Below, one piece after another: positions 27,501 through 39,700 of a stretch of DNA of 64,000 bases. The stretch spans positions 17,550,029 through 17,614,028 of the forward strand of contig MU054323.1 of assembly GCA_013239625.1 (NCBI GenBank), read 5' to 3'. Origin of the DNA: Lama guanicoe. Taxonomy: Eukaryota. Numbering within the stretch: the stretch's first letter is position 1; each line of letters begins with the position of its first letter. Below the pieces are notes generated by a model that saw only the letters and a list, made by a program, of their open reading frames with translations, made no database searches and was not told the origin of the DNA. The position numbers and the translations under genes are program-made.

Positions 27501-30500
27501 TTCTGGGTGAAATAATCAGTTTATTAAAGGTGTACTATTAAGAAGAGCAGGTTCTGCATTTTGCCTAGATTCAGATGGCTGCTTTCTCAAAGACACTGTG
27601 ACCCTGGGTAACTGGCTTAATCTCCGTGCCTCAGTGTTCTTATCTGTAAAACGGAGCACCTATCCTACAGAGCTGTTGTGGTGAGTGAACGCGATGCTCC
27701 ATGTAAGGTGCTGGGAAGACTGGTGCACACTGAGTGCCCAATAAGTGTTAGCTATAAATAATAAAAGCAGATAAATTTTACATCATTTCTCTGTCATGTT
27801 CTCACCTTTCAGCATCTTCCCCTATCTAGGAGACTCATGGCATAATAATCAATTTCACAGTAAGATGAAGAATCTCAAGATCTCACGTATACTCACATTC
27901 TCTACTCTTATAGGTTTCCTCTGGGAGGGAAGATATTTCACTTTGATGGGCATGTTTAGTTCAAAAAATATTACCCCACTTGTGTAATTTCAAATGCTGA
28001 AGCACCTAAGAAGGGGAGTTACTACAGACTGGCGCTGGGTGGGGTTGAGTGCCTTCACTCAACAGTCCCTTAAACTAGGTTGATAAATGCTTACCCTATG
28101 ATGTTGGTCTTGTTGTGCACAATTAATACTCTTACCAGTGCTGAGGTTTTTAGGTATCTTATTATATCCAAGAAAAATACTAACCATTTTTGAATTAGTT
28201 ATTTATTATTACAAATAACAAGATTCTTTTCTTTTTTCCCCTACTTCGAATGTATTTTTCAGCCACTTCACACTATACTTTCTCCCAGATTAAAAGATTT
28301 AAAGTATGTGTATCAAACAGTTAAAAAATCCAATTAAAAAATGTGATGACAAACGATGGGTATGTTTCATTACAAAGAAATTATCATTACTTACGGATTT
28401 TGCTCTCCATTTTGTTTGTAATCAACTGATACTGAGAATGGAGGATTAGTTATACATCCCACAGGCACCCAAAACTCAACATGACCAAACTGAATGCATC
28501 ATCATTCTCTTCAAACTGACTTCTCCTGTACATTACACTCTGCCTGGAGGTCCTGTCATTCACTCAGTCACTCAAGAAACCTGAAGTCAACCTGGATTTC
28601 TCCTTAATCTTCATGTTCACCTGGTCATTCAATTTGGCCAGTTCTAGCTCTTTAATCCCTCTCTAAGTCCAGTGGTTCTCTATAGAAGCATTGCAAGTGG
28701 GAGAGACAGTATGATGAAGTATTTAAGGACAGGGACGCTGGAGCCAGTTCATCTATTTGACAGCTGTGGGATCTTTGAAAAGTTACTTCCTGAGCTTTAG
28801 GTTTCTCATCTGAAATGATAATAACAATGGTACCTACTTCTAAGAGTCACTGTGAAGACTGAGTAAATTAATATATGTATAGCATTTAAAAACAGTACCT
28901 GGCACATAGTAAGCTTTCTATAGGTATTAGCTATTAATGTCATTATTATCATCATTTTTGTAGACAGGTTCTTTAGCATTCCTGGCCCCTGGGCACTAAA
29001 TGCCAAAAGCTTCCCCTAAGTCACTGTGACAAAAATGTCCCCATATAATTCCAAACCCCATTTTTTCCTCTCTGCCTTCTCTACTTCTGCCCTGACTAGA
29101 CACTTATTTAACCATAGTCTCTAGTCTCCTCTCTCACCACCATGCAAAGAGTTATTTCTAAAACACAGATCTGATCATCAGCATGGTTCACAAAGCTCTG
29201 GGGTTTGGCACCTGCCTGCCCACCCAGCTCCATTTATTGTTACTATTCTACATTCATGCTATACTCCAATCGAAGTGTCCATTCATGGTTCCCCATCCAT
29301 GCCATGCTGTTCATGACTCCATGCCTTCATGTTTATCCCCTGTCTGTCTGTCAACCATCACCATTTATGTCTCTCCTCATCTCTCCACAGGAGGCGCTAG
29401 TGATAGCCACCTCTGTGACCTGTATCTTGTACTCCCTCCGAGTGTGCCATCTAACTCCAAGTGTGTTGCAGTTACTGGTTTACATGTCTGCTTCCTCTGT
29501 TACAGCATGAGCTCCCTAAAGGTGAGGGCTAATCCTCTGCATGTGTCTTTAGTATCTGGTAAACAGAACATGTTCTAGGAAGGTTTTATGAATAAAAGAG
29601 GCAGCAAATCATAGTGCCGAAATTTATTTCTCATTTAGTGTCTACATATAACAACTTAAGAATTCAACAAAAGGAAAAATACAAAATAACATACCTGTTC
29701 CATTGATGTTTCATGAAGTTCATTGAGATTCAAAGTATAAATCCCTTCTTCAGCACCAAATATCAAGTACTGATCTGAAAAAACAAAAGTAATCCACTGA
29801 ATTTGATATATAAAATATTTTTTCAAAGGATTTATATAATCTAAAGTATATATACATTAACATGTGTATATATAACCATGTTATATATACATTAACATAT
29901 GGTCTCTAAGCAGTATTTTTTATTTTAATGCAAATAAGTGCTTAGAAACACTAGCTCAATGAATTGAGTTATATGCAAATATCAGCCTCAAAGCAGTGAA
30001 GAACACTTTTACGTAAAAGAGGCTTTGAAGAATGGCACGCTAGGGCCCCTCACTCATCACAGGGTGCTAAGGACTGGTAGAGACTCTGCAGTTCCTTTTC
30101 TAAATTCCTTTTGGGAGAGGATCACATGCAACTGACATACAGAATACAAATCAAGAATAGCTGATGTAGACTTAGAATATTTTTGCAGATGGACTGTTAC
30201 TATAAGCATAACACACAAAAAAACAAGATCTGACTACTGTCTATTTAAAAAGCTAATTAACACTTGAATACCTACTAGGGTACTCAATATCTTCTAAAAG
30301 ATATTAGAAGTTTGGCCATGCTCCTGTTTGATTGGTTTTTATGATAATATAAAACATGGTCCTGGGTTTAATCCCCAGTAACTCCATAAACAAACAAACA
30401 AACAAACATATCCAATTGCCTTCCCTCCCGAAACAAAAACAAACAAACAAAAAACAACAGGTGAGGTGANNNNNNNNNNNNNNNNNNNNNNNNNNNNNNN

Positions 30501-33500
30501 NNNNNGAATACCTACAGGGTACTCAATATCTTCTAAAAGATATTAGAAGTTTGGCCATGCTCCTGTTTGATTGGTTTTTATGATAATATAAAACATGGTC
30601 CTGGGTTTAATCCCCAGTAACTTCATCCATAAACAAACAAACAAACAAACATATCCAATTGCCTTCCCTCCCGAAACAAAAACAAACAAACAAAAAACAA
30701 CAGGTGAAGAACTTCTCCAGACTAAGCTGAAGTATGCTGAGAACAACTCAGAATGCCAAGAGCATGCCTGTACTGCCCAATATTTAGGATGAGGACTGGC
30801 AGATTAAAGGCATAAGCTATAGGGTCAGACAGAATGGAACTGGGTTCAAACGGCAGCTCTACTACCGACTGGCTGTGCACAATGGTTCTCTTTGAGTGTC
30901 ATTTTCTTTACCTGTGAAATAAATGTATGTCTTACATACATGCATGGCACAGAGTATATGGTTTCAACATACCAGTATGGTGACAGTACACTGAAATTTT
31001 AATGTCATGTGTCACCTCAAACACTGCTAATAACACAGAGAAACATATTAACTTAAAATATTTTAAAAAATTGTAACAAAATTTTTTTCAGGAAGATATG
31101 TAGAAAGTAAATAAAACTGATGAAAACGCATAGTACTACCTCTTGTGTCTGGGTTTATCCAGGATGTTGCACAGTGAATTTTCAAGGGACATCCATTAAA
31201 AACCTTTGAAAAACACGCACCCATCTGGAAAAACAAAAACATAACTAAATAAATATACAAAGTCTTACTCATTTGTCTTACAGTGGTACCACAGAGATTC
31301 CAGGCACAAGAACTGTCAAATAATACAAGGTTTTACTTCAGAGAGTCGTTTTATTCTTCCTATCTTCTGAAATAAACAAAGCAGTAATAGTAACATTCTG
31401 CAAAATAATTTGCTTACAGAAATATTACTTATATGTCCCACATTAAGAGCAACACAATAGTCTCTGGTGAGAATGAAATCATAATCTCTACAAAGGTAAA
31501 ATTTGCTTATTTCATAAGCCTAAAAATAGCATTAATCACTGAATTTAATATTACAAAGTGGAAGAAATACGACTGATTTGAAATTCATATATGTACTTCA
31601 ATCTCAAAAAAACCTATTTTTAAAAAACACTGAGCTATCTAATTATTTTCCCTGGAAGGATTCAATTAAAAGCTTTACTCTTTGATGTTAATATTAATTT
31701 GTCAAGCCCATTTACAGACCTTTCAGATAATAAATACCTTATAATGAAATATATGTCACTCATTTGAACATTTTTTTTGATCTTCAAAGAGTAAAATGTT
31801 AATTACTGTTCTGGTTGGAATAAATAAAAACAAGAAAGCTTACTTATTTAATCACTTTTACCACCAAGAACTTGAGAGAAAAATACAGAAATATTTGGTC
31901 AGAGGAACAGCACTATACATCATTTTAGAGCAGGAATGTTTTCTTCACAATTATGGGAATAATACTTTGAGCGATTATAGTTGACTATAATGGATTTAAA
32001 AATTAACATAAATAATCAAAATAATGCATCTTAAGATTTTCTTTTTTTAAAAAAATTTGTTTTTTAAACGGAGGTACTGGGGATTGTGCTAAGAATGAGC
32101 TCTACTGCTGAGATACACCCACCCTCCCAAGATTTCTTTTTTATTCATAGAAATCTACCAACTAATATTTTAAAAGATTTCATAGTCCCCAAAAAAGAAC
32201 AACAGGCTGGCAATACTATCAGGTGGTAGGATACCAGTAAAAAATGTTTTTACAGTGTAGGGCAGAAATTATATGATTTAATTAATCCTACAATTATCCT
32301 TTAAGACAGGTACCAAAGTTGCTATGTTAAGGTACTGCTAATCCCCTAAAAATCCGAATGACAAAATGAGGTACAAAACAATCAAACCAGTCCCAAGTTA
32401 AATCAAATTTATAGTTGGCCCACAGTTATCAGCTCCTCCCTGTCAACTACATACCTGATATAGGAGTTTCACTTTGTAGCCCAATAGGAACTCTCATCCG
32501 TGTGTGTGTGTGTGTGTGTGCGTGCCCGCACGTGTGTGTCTGTGTGTCTGTGTGTGTGTGTCTGTGTGTGTCTGCTAGACTGGGGTGACCTCTATACCCA
32601 AAAACCTTTTTATTTTGTAACATAAGAGATAATTAATTTAGATCTTTATACTAATTAAAAAGTAGAGTTAAAAGGTAAGAAGATTAAAAAGTAGAATTGA
32701 AAGAACTAGAAAAACTATGGACGCTAATGTTACATAAGGTTTTAAGATTATAGATTTAGATCAGCAAAAATGTTGCTCTATCCATACTAACCAAAAATTA
32801 CAGTGCATTAATGTAATTTTAATCCTAAAAAAGACATCATGGTGTGCATTTATTTCTAAAAAAACCTACAAGGACTATAATATAGGACACATTTAAGTTC
32901 CAGTTCTCGGTCTGGTTAGAACTGGGTGAAGTTTTGTGATCTTGGTGACTAAGATCTTTGGGTCTCAGTTTTACTTATGGGCAAAACAGAGTTTGGGCTA
33001 GATGCTCCTCTAGTTCTAAAATTCTATGCTTTTAATGATTGAAAACATGTAAGAGAAAAATGTGTCATATCTACATTTTGTACTTCCTATTATACCCGTG
33101 CCTTTTTTACGCTGCTTCAAAAGTATGGGCAAAGAAAATATTAACAAATTTTCAAATAAAGTAGCTTTAAAATACGTAATTTATCATAATTTCCTTTTGA
33201 AAAGCTTTTTTCCAGATATAATTAATTAATATTTAAATTAGCAATCATTCAGATTTTTTTCAATAATAATGGTTCTTTCAATCAGGCGAAAAAAAAAAAA
33301 CCTAAAAAACCCCCAAAAACCCAATCAAAGGAACACATTTAAGCAATTATCTGCTGTTGTATTTAGTTTGAAAACTTAACCTATTTGATATTTGTACTTA
33401 CATGCACTTTAGGTGTTGGGGGTAGGCCATTACTAATAGGCTTCTAGAAAAAGAACAAATGCATGATTATACTTCTTGTTGTTTGGTATATCAATACTGT

Positions 33501-36500
33501 ATTTCAACCACATGTGTTGGAATAAAATACATGAATACATTCTTTTTTGTCAAACAGAACATTACAGATAAAGCTGAAGTTCCCTACAGTCCTTCTACAG
33601 TTCACCTATTCCTAGAACCTGCCCCCCACCCCCAATGGTTTACTACCTACCCTTTCAAACTTTTCTCTAGGCAATTATATGTACTCATGTATTTGCGTAT
33701 CCTTCCAGACCTTTTTGTATGTATTTATATATATGATCCCACAGAAACATTGTTTTTGTGTGTTTTTGAACAGAAACACTCACTTTTATCAACTTGTTGT
33801 TTGTCTCAACACTGGGTCTTGGACAGTATTTTATATGAGCACATTGATTCATTTGTTTTAACTGCAGCACAGTATGACTTTATTTAGCTATTCCTTAGTT
33901 GTTATTGGATATTCAGATTATTTTCAATTTTTTTTTACCGTAACAACATTGTAGAAATGATCACCCTTGTACATACCTTATTACACAATGTGTGAATGGT
34001 TTTTTTAGGGACCATGAGAAGTGAAACCAATGGAACATGGGGTCTGTACCTTTTACAATTTAGTGGATACTGACTGTCAAATTGCCTTTCAAAGTGCCCA
34101 TTTCACATAACACCTGCCAGCAATGTTTAGAGTCCTGGTTCCTTATAGTCTCACAGACACATAATGTTATCAAACTGATTAGTGAAATATGTTTTCTCCT
34201 GTGTTTCTTGTTAATCTGCACGCTTCTGATTGCTAGGAAGCTTGAGAGTCTTTTTAAAAAAACATTTATTGGCTAACTCTATTCCCTCTTCCCTCCTCTA
34301 TGAATTCTTCTCCCATTTTTTTTTAACTGAGTTTTTTGACTGTATTTGTTGGAGCTCTTTATATAATCTAATTTGAATACTTTTTGTTATATATATTACA
34401 AATGCTTTCTCCTAGTCTGCAGATGATCTTTACTTTGTTTACAGAGGGTTTTGTCAATTGAAGTTTTAAATTTTGATGAATTCAAATGTATGAATCATTG
34501 GTCACAGTATACTGATAATTTAAGGAGAGTAAAAACAGCACATTTTTGCTCATCTGCAATATTCTCAAGAGTACCAGATATTTTTCTAAGTGGCTACATT
34601 TCCTGGGGTACATGATTTGTCTCTGGAGAAAGACTCTCCTTGGAAGAGATTATACTTTAAACATAAATTTATGAAAAAACCTAGATTTCTTTTGAGATTA
34701 TCTTAATAACACCATTTTAAGAATGATGTTATAATTGTATTTCTCAGTCGACTATAAATCAATTATTTAAATGAGACAAAAATTTAAAAGCCACTGTTAA
34801 CTGATGTCATATACATGATACAAATGAGATATTCTGGGTAGTATTACTTATATGAGTAACCTTTAGACATTCTAAAGTTAAGACTGAAATTTTACCTTGT
34901 AGAATGTTTATGAGGATATACAGACTAATCTGCCATCAATTTCTGATAATTTTTTTCCTATTTTGCAAATAATCTGTACTTATTTTTATATTGATGTCCT
35001 TAAATTATCATAAATCATCTATTTTAGCAAAATATGTTTTTTTGATTCTGGAGCTCTAAATGTTATTATAACTGTCATCTTTAACTTAAGTACTGACAGA
35101 ATTGGCTGTATATAATTTCAAGAAGCTGTACAAACTATAATCATGTTTCCATATACCATAGATACTGTTTATCCTTTGATACAGTCGTGATGTATTTATT
35201 TCAGAATTACAGACTGTTAATTTAACTTCTAGTTCCTTATCCTAATAAAATAAGGTAATAGAAAAAATGAATTGAAAATGAATAAATTTAAAAAATGTAT
35301 TCATCTCTCCAGGGTTCTTATACTGTGTTAGAGTCACAGAGCTGCATTTTTGTGCTACTACATTAGCAGGGCTGCTAAAACTTACATTGATGAAAGCAAA
35401 AAGGCACTACTCTGTTGGACAGACTTCATAAAACCTATTCGTGAAGGACATTTCATACTTTTATTAAAAATGTCCTAAGTTTCACAGATTACAATGGATA
35501 ACCCCAGTCAAATTTACTTAACAGAATTATAAAAAACAGTGTCATTTTCCACAGTGAAATCTTATAAAACAGTTGAACAGACACAGTACAAAAGCTTGTA
35601 GCAATATGCTTACTGCACAAAACTGCAGCTATATGCACATAAACATATTAAATGTCCTATAAATATGTATAGGAATAACAAAGGACTTTTTTGTTGTTTT
35701 AAGTTCTGTGATGATGGACAAACGTCTTCTGATGATCAGGAGTAAATTCTTTACAAATGTTAAAAATTTTTAATCTTCTTGATAAAATTCTATTTACGTT
35801 GCAGTAGTTATGTCATAGCAGTAGTTATCCAACATTTGTAACAGGAACAGCTGCTAAGGCTAATTTCATCTCTCCTGAAGTGGTATCTTATATCTACTAG
35901 AAAATAATCAAATTTTCCTCTTTGTTAGCTATTTTCTTTGAGTAAGAGTAGTAATATCACAAAGTGTGAAACAGAAATTTGTCCTGAGGTAGAAGCTAAT
36001 TTCCTTATTTCTCTGTGTCCTTCTTCCCATAAGTTCTTAAGACTATAAAAAGAATCTGTAAGAATCAATTCTCATCACCGAGAATAATATTTTCTCAACA
36101 ATCACAAGAATACTAAGTGTTTACCTATATGCAGAAGGTCACATTTTATAATACACTATCATAAATTGGCCTAAATAATTTGAACAGCAGAAAGCCTTCA
36201 TTCAAGTTTACCACAGCAAAGTCAATTTTTTCAAGATTTAAACAATCTATTATCATTATAATTAATATACTAAAGTACAAATATACTAATTGTAAAATAT
36301 GCAACTGATATAGTTCCACTAATTGTAATTACAAAACTATTTTAGTTGTGAAAAAAGAAACAAATACAAGAAGAGCTTACAAATATAAATACCTACTGGT
36401 ACATCTTTCTTTTCTTTCCTTGAAAGGTTTGTGCCTCTATGCTCATTCTGTTGTTGATATAATGAACCATCTCGTTCACCATTTAACTGGAAGGAGCTCA

Positions 36501-36673
36501 CCCCATTTCCTTCAGTAAGATATGTTTAAATATATTAAAAAAGGATTAATTTTCACAAAAATTTCATTCAGAAAATTATCAAGTAGGAAACAAAAATATT
36601 TTAAGACAGTTCCAGTCTTCATCTGGGATCACACAATCAGAATATTCGGTACTGTAACAAGTCATATACATAC

Positions 36674-36724
<51 letters not shown>

Positions 36725-39700
36725 ATCTTCTACTTTTATCTCTATTTCTTTCATACAGGCAAATTAAAATTAAGGTTGTATCTAAGTTCTAAGTACATAT
36801 ATTTGTATTAAAGAGAAAAAAATACTGAATACATAACTATTTTCAGGAAAGGGGCAATTTATAGCCTGTTATCCAAGAAATATTAGCTGCTCTTTTTTTA
36901 ATTGCTTCTTTTGCAATGCACAAAAGAAACTTTACAGTATTATAACAGCACCTTCTAGTATTAATTTGGAGGCAAATACTTAGAAAATATTGACAATCAT
37001 TTTTCTAAAAACGATTAAATGAAATAAAATAAAGGAGTTAGACAAGGTACTCTTTTTTTTTCTAAAACAGAAGTAGCTGAGAACCAAAATACATTTTCCT
37101 TGTTTATTCAGTTTTGTTTCTTTCATTGCAACACTTTAGATAAACAATGAATTGGACATAAACAATTCTCCAAAAGAGGGAAGGCTAGATATGAAATGAC
37201 AAACAAGGGGCAAAATATTCCAGACTAGGGCATAGGTAATCCTGTCATAAAAACACTTCAAACCATGACCCCAAAAGTAGAAAATACCTCCAGAGCTACT
37301 GCCTCTTTCTTCTCTCCTCCTCAAAGGAATTTCAAATAATCTCTTAAAAGAAGGATTTCCCCCCATTTTTCCACATGTTATGAAAACCTGGTAACATTCT
37401 TCATTCACCCCTGCTTCTCCCATTACCTAAAGCAGCAGGCTTCTGTGGAGGTAACCTGGGAGGTGGTGGCCTCGGTGGAACTTGGGATGGTTTTGCTGGG
37501 CTCTCTGATGTGGGACATCTCTTGATTGTTCCTTGACTATCATCCTCAGCAGAATGAGGTTCCTGTGGTATGAATATGGACTTAGGCTGAAATAATACAG
37601 AAAAGGAGACCAATGATTAAACACGAAATTATTCATGTTTCATTAAACATTAAAAATATTAAATATTCTTCCTGAAGTAAATATTATCATGTATCAGAGG
37701 CTTTCAAACTGTGTTTATCAGCCGAGTTTCAAAGGTTATTCAACTATTTGATTCAGATAATCCTTATATCCTGAAAATGTACACTAATAAGTTTTCTCAG
37801 AAAAAAAGGTGTCTTTTTATTAATTCCTCACAAGCCTATCCACTTGATATGCTAAATAAAAATATTCTGCTCTTTCTGATCTCCAATTTAAATGAGCCTC
37901 TTTTTATTTTAAACATTCAGGCTAATCAAAGTTCACCTCTTTACAAGGCTAATCTTAACTGTCTCTTTTAGATGACTCAATGTCTTTTATGTTAATGCAT
38001 AAAATTTCAGACTGGGAGTAGGAGAAGATGCTAATTAAGATTTTATCAAATGAGAGAATACTAACACAGCAATGCAGGACACCTGAGAAACTTTCTGTGC
38101 AGACATTGGGAAAACCTCCAGTCAGCTGAAGGTTTGGAGAATTTATGAAACCTTATAATGTGTTCTTTATTAGGAAGACTGCTCAGAATTTCTCTCTCTG
38201 AAATTCAGATCTCTATATTTCTGCTAGTGTTAAACTAAATAAAGTAAAAACAAGTATTATGTACCTCTGGGTATCATGATTTAAGAAAGTATAAAATGAA
38301 AACAAAATATAGTAAGTAATACAATGGATATCAAGATTGGTTGGACTCCAATTCTCATTTACAAAATTTCAAACCTTCGAATAGCTCATTTTATAAAAGT
38401 TCACTTTGTAATTTAAATTTGCTATGCAAATGAACTTGGAAAATAAATTTAAATTATCATACCTATATTAACTAATTTTACTTAAAAAATCCCATCAATT
38501 GGGATTATTTTATTATTTTATGATGCTTCTTTGTTTGACAAAAAGATTTTGTTGCTAAAAAAAAATCTTGAAAATGACTGTCCTTTATTTTGTATTTTTA
38601 ATTTAAAAGGATCTTCTGGAAATTAAATATCTGTGATGATAAATCACTATTCTTTACCTATTCTCAAGAAATCAGTTACTAGTAGATTGTAGATTTTGAG
38701 GAAAAAACTTAATTAAAAAATGTGAGTTTTTATCCCAAATGAAATGGCAATCCATTAATTTAATCATTTTCACGTACAAATTTCTAGAACTTATTATTTA
38801 GAATAAACACTAAATAACAAGTTGGATAATTTAAAAAAGACAAACAAAAATAATCACAACCATTTACTTGTATCATGGTTAGTAACTTCTTCATGATTTT
38901 TCTTTGTGGATCCCAAGTGAAAACAGGCCAGAGCGTAAGTACTAATACAGTATTACAGTGGCAGAACAATCACACACATACGCGATTCAAACTGGAAAAC
39001 AAGCCTGCCTACCTTTGGTGGCAAAGGAGGTGGAACTTTTGCTTTCATGGTTGAACTGTAAAGACATAAAAGCTTAGAGTCAGAACTCCTCATTTTACAA
39101 ACAAATCATTACTAAAATGATCAATTTTTCAAAGCTGTCGAAGAAAAATTTGCATAAACAAGTTTCTTTTTCTAAGGTTATGAGTGTTTTACAAAATATT
39201 TTGTGAAATGTTCAAGTTATGTTGGATGAAGTATTATTCAGAAGTAACTGAGTAGATGTGCCTTCTTGGTTTCAAATATTATATAGTAATTAAAACTGGA
39301 AAATATAACTACAATTTATATCCAATTTATATCAACTGAAAGGTAATTCATATAAAAACATAAGCAACAACTGCTTTAAGGAAAAACAGCAAAATGATAT
39401 AAAAATATATCACAATGGAAGCTTCGTTTTTAATCTTGTTAGATATGGAATATCTCTGATGAAGCTCATCAAAAGCAATATACATGCTCTATGAAATTAT
39501 CGACAGCATTTATCTGATTGAAGTTAAGATTCATTACAACCCAGGATCAGTTTTACAACTACTAAACATTAAAAGATTATTAAGCATAAACTCTCAGATG
39601 AAGAAATCGAGGCCCAGGGAGGTTAAGTGACCTGATTCAAGGTCACAGAGGTAAAAAGGAAAACCAACTGCTTGTCAGGGGCTCTTGTCACTCTACCATG

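Larger units (their letters stand above)
28435..29600 (+). mobile_element. L2 remnant, interrupted by a MIR and a MER20
   Basis: caggcacccaaaactcaacatgaccaaactgaa; ttctaaaacacagatctgatcat; tgagctccctaaaggtgaggg...tttatgaat. Confidence 0.7.

Noticed and set aside
38868..38941. Possible 74-nt exon (tattag| ... CAA|gtaaat) 71 nt after the PPPLPPK exon
   Set aside because: Poor pyrimidine tract, weak donor, minimal intron length and an in-frame stop; not distinguishable from chance without RNA data
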